This document shows positions 9,557 to 17,315 of a stretch of DNA of 64,000 nt, one piece after another. The notes beneath the pieces are model-generated. The model made no database searches. It was not told the origin of the DNA and saw nothing but the letters and a program-made list of their open reading frames with translations. The position numbers and the translations under genes were made by a program. Source of the stretch: Patescibacteria group bacterium (GTDB lineage Bacteria; Patescibacteriota; Patescibacteriia; Patescibacteriales; UBA12465); the NCBI GenBank assembly GCA_016938835.1, contig JAFGTW010000037.1, positions 9,918-73,917 of the forward strand, given 5' to 3'. The number at the start of each line of letters is the position of its first letter. Position 1 is the stretch's first letter.

Positions 9557-10618
9557 TTATATCGCCTGAAGAATCGTCCAGGTAAGATAGAGAATATATA
9601 TACTAACTAGACCGATGCCAGCAAAACGGCCGATACGCCATTTCTTAGCCATTAAGAAGAATAATACTGAGAGAACAGTAGCAAAAAGTAGGATAATTGA
9701 GCTATTTAAGTTTTCAGTGGCTACTGGTACTATTTTGCCACCAATTGTTACAATAACCCAAGGTAAACCGAGACCAATTAAGATATCAAAGATATTTGAA
9801 CCAATCGCATTAGAAATAGCCATACCACCACGTCCTTGGCGGGCTACAATAATTGAGGACATTAAATCAGGCACACTGGTACCGGCCGCTAAAATAGTCA
9901 GACCAATAATAACAGCAGGAATATTTAAAATATGGGCAATCTCAACCGCACTTTCTACTAGTACCCAGCTAAGGCCAGCAATAAAGACAATTGATAATAA
10001 AAAGGCCATCCAGTAGTGTTTTTCTTTAGGAAAGATAAAGTCAAGAATATATTTTATGCCATTTAGAAAGTGAGCGATAAAAGTTTTTTTCTTGGACTCC
10101 TTTTTTAAACCTTCTTCTACAGCGTCAATCGGATCTTTATTCTCATCTTTGTAGGGAAGGATTTTTTTCCACTTCATAACCGCAAATACATAGATAACGT
10201 ATAAAAGCAGGAATAAAGAAGCCTCCATCAGAGTAATGCGTCCATCCCAGAAAGAAATGATGAGAAGGATAATACTAAGTGTATAAAAGCTTAAATCACG
10301 TATAATCGGTTGCCAAGCAATAAAGGCTTTGCGTACCATAGCGGAGGCGCCAATAATAACAAGCACATTAAATAGGGCTGATCCAACAATTGTACCAGCA
10401 CCCAGTGCTTCTTGTCCTGGTTTAAACAAGGCAATGATAGAAACAAATAATTCCGGAGCACTAGAGCCAACTGCCATTAAAGTAGCGCCAGCCATGTCCG
10501 AGTTCATTTTTAGTTTTTCGGAAATTTTATCCAGTGATAGGACAAAATAACGATCACAAACAAGGGCGAGTAAATAAAAAGAAGCCAATAAGGCAAGACT
10601 GTAGCCAAGAAGCAACAT
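9557..10618 (-). CDS. Na+/Ca2+ exchanger (CaCA family, YrbG-like)
   Basis: Two alpha-repeat signatures (GSSAPELFVS and GTSVPDL) in a protein of about 10 TM helices. Confidence 0.85.
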   Translation of the reverse strand: MLLLGYSLALLASFYLLALVCDRYFVLSLDKISEKLKMNSDMAGATLMAVGSSAPELFVSIIALFKPGQEALGAGTIVGSALFNVLVIIGASAMVRKAFIAWQPIIRDLSFYTLSIILLIISFWDGRITLMEASLFLLLYVIYVFAVMKWKKILPYKDENKDPIDAVEEGLKKESKKKTFIAHFLNGIKYILDFIFPKEKHYWMAFLLSIVFIAGLSWVLVESAVEIAHILNIPAVIIGLTILAAGTSVPDLMSSIIVARQGRGGMAISNAIGSNIFDILIGLGLPWVIVTIGGKIVPVATENLNSSIILLFATVLSVLFFLMAKKWRIGRFAGIGLVSIYILYLTWTILQAI

Positions 10619-10762
10619 AGATTATATTTTAATAAATTAATTCTTCATATTTAATTTTACTATATTATTCATTTTTTGTCAGCCTGTAAGCAAATATTAA
10701 GGATTATTTATATATTTTTGTAAGTGTATGATTTTATTTATTTGAGAAATAACAGATATATA

Positions 10763-10771
10763 TGCTATAAT
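10763..10771 (+). promoter_or_regulatory. extended -10 promoter (TGcTATAAT) for the Kef-type antiporter gene
   Basis: tgctataat lies about 30 nt upstream of ATG 10800. Confidence 0.4.
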
Positions 10772-10799
10772 TTACACGTAATATTATTTTTATAAAACC

Positions 10800-12476
10800 A
10801 TGGATTCAAATATTTTTTTACAGCTGAGTGCTCTTTTAGCCATTACTGTAAGTGTGGCTTTTTTTGTGCGCTTAGCCAGACAACCTTTGCTAGTAGCTTA
10901 CATTGTGGCTGGTATTATTGGTGGCCCCCTTTTGTTGAATATTTTGCCCGCTGATGAGCCAATGTATCATGCCTTTGCTAGTTTTGGTGTGGTTTTATTA
11001 TTGTTTATAATTGGATTGGATTTAAATTTTTCTTATCTAAAAAAAATTGGCAAAGAATCTTTACTAATCGGATCGCTACAGTTTATTTTAAACTTTGCCT
11101 TACTTTTTCCTTTAGTTCATTCTTTCGGTTTAAGTTGGACTGGTTCATTATTTTTAGCTTTAGCAGCTTGTTTCTCTAGTACGATTGTGGTGTTAAAAAT
11201 TTTAAACGATAAACAAGATGAGGATGCTGTTTATGGTCGTTATACAATTGGCTTAATGTTAGTTCAAGATATTATTTCTATTTTAATATTATTGTATTTA
11301 AGTTTTACGGCTCCAAATAGTTTAATGGCTGAAAATTCTTTATTATTTGTTATCAAGGCATTGGCGGTTATTGCAGGTATTATTTTGATGGCTAAATATG
11401 TTTTGCCTTCTTTTCTTAATAAAATATCTTCTTCTGGTGAGTTTTTATTTATATTCACTATTGCTTGGTGTTTTGGCGTTGCCTCACTATTGCTTTGGAG
11501 TGGTTTTTCTTTAGAGTTGGGTGCCGTTATTGCTGGTCTTAGTCTGGGTGCTTCTAGATTTCAGGCCGAGATTGCTAGTCGTATCAAGCCTTTGCGAGAT
11601 TTTTTTATTGTAATATTTTTCATATTATTGGGAAGCGGAGCTGACTTTAGTCACATTGATCAAATTATTGTGCCCGCCCTGTTTTTATCTGCTTTTATAT
11701 TAGTAGTTAAGCCAATAATTTTATATATTTTATTTAGGATTCGTCGTTTTACTCGTCGCAATAGCTTTCTCTCAGCTTTAACAGCCGGACAGTTAAGTGA
11801 ATTTGGTTTTATTATTTTATTTGCTGTATTATCTCTTGGTTATCTTGATGGTCAGGAATTAGCCATCTTTACTGTAGCTGCTATTATTACAATTTTCTTT
11901 TCCTCTTATGCTATGACTTTTAGCTATAAGATATATAATTTTTTCATGCCCTTTTTTCTACTTTTTGGACGTGATAATTTTGTTCAAGCTGAGGAAATTA
12001 AGGAAACATTTGATACTATAATTTTTGGGTATCATCGAACTGGCTGGAAAATAGGTGAAGCTTTAAAGAAGAAAAAAGTTAAATTTGCTGCGGTAGATTT
12101 TAATCCAGAGAGCGTTGCTCATTTTAATAAAAGAGGCATTCGTTCTTTTTTTGGTGATGCTTCTGATATCGAATTTTTACGATCATTACCACTGACTAAG
12201 GCTCATACTATTATTTCCACTATCCCTTCTCCAGAAGATCAATTAGTATTAATTAATTTTGTACGCAAGTATAACCCTAAAGCAGTTATTGTGGCGAGTT
12301 TGTATCATAAAAAGCATCTTAATTCTTTGTATAAGGCTGGAGCTGATTATGTCATTTTACCACACCTTCTTGGTGGTTCTTGGGCTTCTGAAGTGGTGGC
12401 TAAGGGTGAGTTTAGTCGTCGCTCTTCTTGGAATAAATATCGACGTCAACAAGTACGCGATTTAAATGGTAGTTAA
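10800..12476 (+). CDS. monovalent cation:proton antiporter (CPA2, Kef-type) with C-terminal TrkA-N/RCK domain
   Basis: A multi-TM Na_H exchanger-like N-terminal region is followed by a Rossmann-type RCK segment (IIFGYHRTGWKIGEAL...AVDFNPE). Confidence 0.85.
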   Translation: MDSNIFLQLSALLAITVSVAFFVRLARQPLLVAYIVAGIIGGPLLLNILPADEPMYHAFASFGVVLLLFIIGLDLNFSYLKKIGKESLLIGSLQFILNFALLFPLVHSFGLSWTGSLFLALAACFSSTIVVLKILNDKQDEDAVYGRYTIGLMLVQDIISILILLYLSFTAPNSLMAENSLLFVIKALAVIAGIILMAKYVLPSFLNKISSSGEFLFIFTIAWCFGVASLLLWSGFSLELGAVIAGLSLGASRFQAEIASRIKPLRDFFIVIFFILLGSGADFSHIDQIIVPALFLSAFILVVKPIILYILFRIRRFTRRNSFLSALTAGQLSEFGFIILFAVLSLGYLDGQELAIFTVAAIITIFFSSYAMTFSYKIYNFFMPFFLLFGRDNFVQAEEIKETFDTIIFGYHRTGWKIGEALKKKKVKFAAVDFNPESVAHFNKRGIRSFFGDASDIEFLRSLPLTKAHTIISTIPSPEDQLVLINFVRKYNPKAVIVASLYHKKHLNSLYKAGADYVILPHLLGGSWASEVVAKGEFSRRSSWNKYRRQQVRDLNGS

Positions 12477-12479
12477 TTT

Positions 12480-13991
12480 ATGTTTAAAAAATTTTCTTTA
12501 TTAAAATTGGCCTTTTCTCGTCGTCGTCGAGCTTTACGTTATTTTAAAAAAAATCCATTATTGGTACAAACCAAGATTTTTAATTACTTAATTAAGTGTG
12601 GGCGCCAGACAGAATGGGGTAAGAAGTATAACTATGATCAGATAAAGACTCCGAGGGATTTTCAAGAGTCTGTCCCAATTAGTAGTTACGAAGATATCCA
12701 GCCTTACGTTGAACGTCTATTGCGCGGTGAAAATTATTTACTTTGGCCCAAAAAAATTAATTATTTTTCTAAGTCTTCTGGCACTACTGGTAGTAAAAGT
12801 AAATATATACCTGTTAGCAAGGAGGCTTTAAATGACTGTCATTATCGTGGTGGTCGCAGTTTATTTGCCAGTTATTTTGCTCAGAATTTTAATTCTAATT
12901 TATTGAGGGGGCAAAATTTCGCCCTCGGTGGTAGTCGTCAATTTTCTGAAATTGGTGCTGATAAATATATTGCTGATGTCTCTGTGATATTAATGAAAAA
13001 TTTGCCTTGGTGGGCGCGTTTGCGTCGCAGTCCTCATTTCAGTGTCGCTTGCTTGCCTGAATGGGAGGATAAATTGGTGCGGATACCTGAAATTATTGCT
13101 TATCAAAATATTGTGAGCCTTTCCGGGGTTCCTTCTTGGAATTTGGTTTTGGCCAAAAAAATATTAGAACTCACTGGTAAAAAGAATTTACGAGAAGTCT
13201 GGCCTAATTTAGAATTATTTGTACATGGTGGCACAAGTTTTAAGGCTTATCGTTCACAGTTTGAAGCTCTTATTCCTGGACCAGGTATGCATTACCTAGA
13301 GGTGTATAATGCTTCGGAGGGGTTCTTTGCTTTTCAGGACGATCTTAATCGTTCAGACATGCTCTTGTTTTTAAATGGTGGTGTTTTTTATGAATTTGTC
13401 CTTTTGGAGGAATTGTCTAAGCCTAAGCCTAAAGCTCTTACTTTGGCTGAGGTTGAACTGGGAAAAAACTATGCTTTATTAATCTCTACTAATGCCGGAC
13501 TTTGGCGTTATCTGATTGGTGATACAGTCAAATTTACCTCTTTATATCCTTTTAGAATTATTATTAGTGGTAGAACAAAAAGTTTTATTAATGCTTGCGG
13601 GGAGGAGTTAGTGGTGGAGAATGCGGATAGGGCGGTTAAGGCGGCTTGTGATTATTGTCAGGCAGAGGTACGCGAATATTCGGCGGCTCCGATATATAAT
13701 GGGGTCGCTGGAGCGGCTAGGCACCAATGGTTGTTTGAGTTTGCTCATTCTCCTAAAGACTTGGGAAAGTTTATGGAAATTTTGGATGCTGAGTTGAAAC
13801 ATCTTAACTCTGATTATGAAGCTAAACGCCATAAGAATTTAAATTTAGCTTTTCCAGAAATTATTATTGCTCGTGATAATTTATTCTATGATTGGCTTAA
13901 AGAAAAGCGACGTGTTGGTGGTCAGGCAAAGATACCAAGACTGTCCAATGATCGCGTGATAATAGAGGAGCTTTTATTAATGAATAATTGA
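12480..13991 (+). CDS. GH3 (auxin-responsive promoter) family acyl-adenylate-forming enzyme
   Basis: Adenylation motif SSGTTGSKSKYIPVS and GH3-family conserved blocks (YNASEGFFAFQD). Its start lies 4 nt after the antiporter stop. Confidence 0.8.
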   Translation: MFKKFSLLKLAFSRRRRALRYFKKNPLLVQTKIFNYLIKCGRQTEWGKKYNYDQIKTPRDFQESVPISSYEDIQPYVERLLRGENYLLWPKKINYFSKSSGTTGSKSKYIPVSKEALNDCHYRGGRSLFASYFAQNFNSNLLRGQNFALGGSRQFSEIGADKYIADVSVILMKNLPWWARLRRSPHFSVACLPEWEDKLVRIPEIIAYQNIVSLSGVPSWNLVLAKKILELTGKKNLREVWPNLELFVHGGTSFKAYRSQFEALIPGPGMHYLEVYNASEGFFAFQDDLNRSDMLLFLNGGVFYEFVLLEELSKPKPKALTLAEVELGKNYALLISTNAGLWRYLIGDTVKFTSLYPFRIIISGRTKSFINACGEELVVENADRAVKAACDYCQAEVREYSAAPIYNGVAGAARHQWLFEFAHSPKDLGKFMEILDAELKHLNSDYEAKRHKNLNLAFPEIIIARDNLFYDWLKEKRRVGGQAKIPRLSNDRVIIEELLLMNN

Positions 13992-14051
13992 TATTTCACT
14001 GTGGAAAGAAAAGAGTCACCACAGGCGTATTATTTAGCATAAGAAAATATC

Positions 14052-14633
14052 ATGAATAATGTCTCGTTAAATTTGGAATTAGAGGACTCAGAATTGGTTC
14101 GGCTTAGTTTGGTTGATCCAGATAAGTTTTCGTATATCATTTATCGCTACCAAGAAAAGTTGGAGCGTTATTTGCGTCGTTTAGGGGCAAAAAATGAAGA
14201 AGACGTTCAAGATTTATTGCAAGATATTTTTCTTAAAGTTTATTTAAATTTAAATGACTTTGATCAGAATTTAAAATTCTCTTCTTGGATATATCGTATT
14301 GCTCACAATCAGGTAATTAGTAATTTTCGCAAGAAACAAGTTAGGCCAGAGGCCCATTCTTTTCCGATTGATAGTGCTGGTTTTGATACTTTAGCTGATG
14401 ATGTTGCCCTTGATCGGCTTTCCGATATTCATTTAAGCCAAAATGTCATTAAGGAAGCTTTAGCAAAAATTAGCGTTAAACATCGAGAAATATTAATTTT
14501 AAAATTTTTTGAAGATAAGAGCTATGAGGAAATTTCTGATATTTTAAAAAAACCTCAAGGTACAGTAGCTTCTTTATTAAACAGGGCTAAAAAATCTTTA
14601 AAAAATTACTTGCCAAAGAATATTAGTGCATAA
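14052..14633 (+). CDS. ECF-type RNA polymerase sigma factor (sigma-70 regions 2 and 4)
   Basis: Region 2 (DIFLKVYLNLNDF...WIYRIAHNQVISNFRK) and region 4 HTH (YEEISDILKKPQGTVASLLNRAKKSL). Confidence 0.85.
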   Translation: MNNVSLNLELEDSELVRLSLVDPDKFSYIIYRYQEKLERYLRRLGAKNEEDVQDLLQDIFLKVYLNLNDFDQNLKFSSWIYRIAHNQVISNFRKKQVRPEAHSFPIDSAGFDTLADDVALDRLSDIHLSQNVIKEALAKISVKHREILILKFFEDKSYEEISDILKKPQGTVASLLNRAKKSLKNYLPKNISA

Positions 14634-15444
14634 TAAATATATGTTAGAAAATTTTGGAAAAAAATTAATTGAAAAAATAAAACATGATGGTATGGCACCG
14701 AAGCCACGTTGGCATTTTATATTGAAGGAAATACTTATTTGGTTATTTGGAGGTCTAGCTTTATTTATTGGCGCTGCCTCTGTGGCAGTAATGATTTATT
14801 TATCTAATAACAGTGGCTTAATGATGCACACTCAACTTGGCCATAGTCTTGTTGGTTACCTGCTTTTATCTTTACCATATTTTTGGATGATATTTCTCGC
14901 TTTGTTTTTATGGCTTTTGTTTTACAATATAAAACACAGTAAGCGCGGTTATCATTATTCTTTTGCCTTAATTGCTTTAGTAGCGATTTTGGCTAGCATA
15001 TTATTAGGAATTATTTTTTCCGCCGTTGGCATTGGTGAAGAAATTGATGATGTTTTAGGAAGGCGGGCACCTTTGTATGATCTAGTTTTTAATCCCCATG
15101 TAGCTATGTGGTCAAATTCAGAGGAAGGCAGCTTGGCCGGTTTAGTTGTATCTAAGTCTGATCAAACCCATTTTGTTTTATTGGATCGTGATAGTGGTGA
15201 ATGGTATATTACTTGTATTACGGCAGATAATAAAAATTTAGTAATAGTTGGTCAGCCAATTCGGTTAGTGGGAGAAGTTATTGGCGAACATGAATTTAGG
15301 GCTGATGAAGTTTTTCCAATTAAGCCCGGTAGGGAGTTTTTTAAACGCCTACAACAGAATAATCAGGACCCTGTGTTAATTCCGGGAGAACTGCCTGAAA
15401 GAGGCTTGGGTCCAGGGAGAATGATGATTAATTATGATAAATAA
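14626..15444 (+). CDS. membrane protein, putative anti-sigma factor
   Basis: Overlaps the sigma-factor stop. Short cytoplasmic N-terminus, multiple TM helices and a C-terminal extracytoplasmic domain. No recognisable zinc-binding anti-sigma motif, so the call rests on position. Confidence 0.35.
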   Translation: MHNKYMLENFGKKLIEKIKHDGMAPKPRWHFILKEILIWLFGGLALFIGAASVAVMIYLSNNSGLMMHTQLGHSLVGYLLLSLPYFWMIFLALFLWLLFYNIKHSKRGYHYSFALIALVAILASILLGIIFSAVGIGEEIDDVLGRRAPLYDLVFNPHVAMWSNSEEGSLAGLVVSKSDQTHFVLLDRDSGEWYITCITADNKNLVIVGQPIRLVGEVIGEHEFRADEVFPIKPGREFFKRLQQNNQDPVLIPGELPERGLGPGRMMINYDK

Positions 15445-15468
15445 TCTAAAAATATTTCTAAAAAACTT

Positions 15469-15503
15469 AGCGACTGTTATAGAAATAGCAGTCGCTTTTG
15501 TTT
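15469..15503 (+). terminator. intrinsic terminator after the sigma/anti-sigma pair
   Basis: agcgactg-(12 nt loop)-cagtcgct perfect 8-bp stem followed by tttgttt. Confidence 0.65.
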
Positions 15504-15510
15504 ATATTTA

Positions 15511-15519
15511 TGCTATAAT
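15511..15519 (+). promoter_or_regulatory. extended -10 promoter (TGcTATAAT) for tspO
   Basis: tgctataat lies 21 nt upstream of ATG 15540. Confidence 0.45.
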
Positions 15520-15539
15520 ATAAGAGTAATTTAAGTAAT

Positions 15540-16022
15540 ATGACAAAAATTAAAACAAGATTATTATTAATTGGCAGCGTTATTCTTAGTGTAGGTCTCG
15601 GCTCATTGGGCACCTTCTTTACGGTGACCGGCCCTGGGTCATGGTATGAATCTTTAATAAAACCAAGTTTTAATCCACCGAATTGGATATTTGGTCCCGT
15701 TTGGACGCTTCTCTTTGTTCTTATGGGTATTTCTTTATATTTGGTTTGGCGTCATGGATTGAAAAATGTTCTAGTTAAAAAGGGGGTAACGATGTTTCTT
15801 GTGCAATTCGGTTTTAATATCATGTGGTCTTATTTTTTCTTTACCTTGCAAAATCCTCGTCTCGCTTTTTTGGAAATAATTGCCTTATGGTTAGCGATTG
15901 CCGCTTTAATGATTAATTTTTATCGAGTAGATAAGCGGGCTGTCTGGTTGCTTTGGCCTTATTTAGCTTGGGTGTCTTTCGCTGCCTTTTTAAATTATGC
16001 AATTTGGCAATTAAATCAGTAG
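15540..16022 (+). CDS. tspO: TspO/MBR tryptophan-rich sensory protein
   Basis: Five TM helices with Trp-rich conserved blocks (FNPPNWIFGPVWTLLF; WSYFFF). Confidence 0.85.
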   Translation: MTKIKTRLLLIGSVILSVGLGSLGTFFTVTGPGSWYESLIKPSFNPPNWIFGPVWTLLFVLMGISLYLVWRHGLKNVLVKKGVTMFLVQFGFNIMWSYFFFTLQNPRLAFLEIIALWLAIAALMINFYRVDKRAVWLLWPYLAWVSFAAFLNYAIWQLNQ

Positions 16023-16024
16023 CT

Positions 16025-16882
16025 ATGGATGAATTAATATTTTCACAGCCTGATAATTTTAAGCATCAGAAACAGCGCTTATTTCGTGGTGGGATCTCAC
16101 ATTTAAAAGTATTGGCTGATTTTGATGGTACTCTAACCACAAATTTTATTCATGGTAGGAAGGCTCCTACCTTAATTGGCGCCTTGCGAGAAGGTAATTA
16201 TTTATCAGCTGACTATAATAAAAAAGCTCAAGATTTGCATAATTATTACAAGCCCTTTGAGGATGATCAAAATATAGCGCTAGATGATAAAAAAGCTTTA
16301 ATGACTGAGTGGTGGTATAAGCATTTTCAGTTATTAATTGATTCTGGATTAAGTGAAGAAAACATTGCCGATGTAGTTGATAATCGCTTGTCTAATTTGC
16401 GACCAGGCGTACCGGAATTCTTATCACTTTTAGCCAAAAATAATATTCCTTTATTTATTTTTTCTGCTTCAGGTCTGGGTATATCAGGTTTAAAATACTA
16501 CTTAATGAAGCGTGGTTTATGGAGTGAAAATATCATTTTAGTTGCTAATGATTTTATCTGGGGAGAAAATGGTAAGGCCGTCGGTGTTAAAGAGCCAATT
16601 ATCCATAGCTTTAATAAGGATGAAACTATGTTGGTAAAAATTGGCGTTGACGAAAAATTTAGTAAAAGAAACAATATTATGCTACTGGGAGATAGTCTTG
16701 GTGATGCTCGTATGGATACTGGTTTAGCTGCCGCCGCTATTTTAAGAATTGCTTTTGTAAATGATAAAATCAGAGAGTCCGTTTCGGCCTATCGTGAAGT
16801 TTATGATGCTTTAATTCTTAATGATGGCGATTTTAGTCTGCCTTTAAAAATATTAAAAGAAATAATTGATTATGCCGATTGA
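16025..16882 (+). CDS. HAD-superfamily pyrimidine 5'-nucleotidase, cN-III/UMPH-1 family (eukaryote-type)
   Basis: Block-by-block resemblance to cytosolic 5'-nucleotidase III: DFDGTLT (DFDMTLS), PLFIFSASGLG (PVFIFSAGIGD), IIHSFNK (LIHVFNK) and LLGDSLGDARMDTG (LLGDSQGDLRMADG). Start taken at ATG 16025, just after the tspO stop. Confidence 0.7.
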   Translation: MDELIFSQPDNFKHQKQRLFRGGISHLKVLADFDGTLTTNFIHGRKAPTLIGALREGNYLSADYNKKAQDLHNYYKPFEDDQNIALDDKKALMTEWWYKHFQLLIDSGLSEENIADVVDNRLSNLRPGVPEFLSLLAKNNIPLFIFSASGLGISGLKYYLMKRGLWSENIILVANDFIWGENGKAVGVKEPIIHSFNKDETMLVKIGVDEKFSKRNNIMLLGDSLGDARMDTGLAAAAILRIAFVNDKIRESVSAYREVYDALILNDGDFSLPLKILKEIIDYAD

Positions 16883-17297
16883 TCATAAAAATATTCGTGT
16901 TTTAGCTATAGCTCTTATTAAACATCAGGGTAAGTTTTTAGCTTGTGCTGGTTTTGATAAAGTAAAAAAACAATCCCACTATCGTTTACTAGGCGGAGGG
17001 GTTGATTTTACTGAAAGTGCTATTAAGGCCTTGCATCGGGAAATTAAAGAAGAGCTGGGAGCAAATATAGCCGCCGCTAAATTATTAGGCATTGAAGAAA
17101 ATATTTTTAATTTTAATGGTAGGCCGGGCCATGAAATTATTTATTTATATGCAGTTAAACTTAAATCTAAAAAATATTATTTACAAAAGACCTGGCCAAT
17201 TTTAGATTCTAAGGGCCAAGCATTAGCAGAGTGGATTTCTGTTAAAGACTTAAATGGAGTTAAAGTATATCCTCCGGTAGCTAAAAAGTATTTATAA
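16866..17297 (+). CDS. Nudix hydrolase
   Basis: Nudix box GGGVDFTESAIKALHREIKEELG. Confidence 0.8.
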   Translation: MIMPIDHKNIRVLAIALIKHQGKFLACAGFDKVKKQSHYRLLGGGVDFTESAIKALHREIKEELGANIAAAKLLGIEENIFNFNGRPGHEIIYLYAVKLKSKKYYLQKTWPILDSKGQALAEWISVKDLNGVKVYPPVAKKYL

Positions 17298-17315
17298 ATT
17301 ATTATTTTTTCATAT

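Noticed and set aside
13996-14026. Hairpin ctgtgg...ccacag after the GH3 gene as a terminator
   Set aside because: It has a 6-bp stem with a 14-nt loop and no following T-tract. More likely it is part of the ECF sigma promoter or regulatory region, and it is reported there with low confidence.
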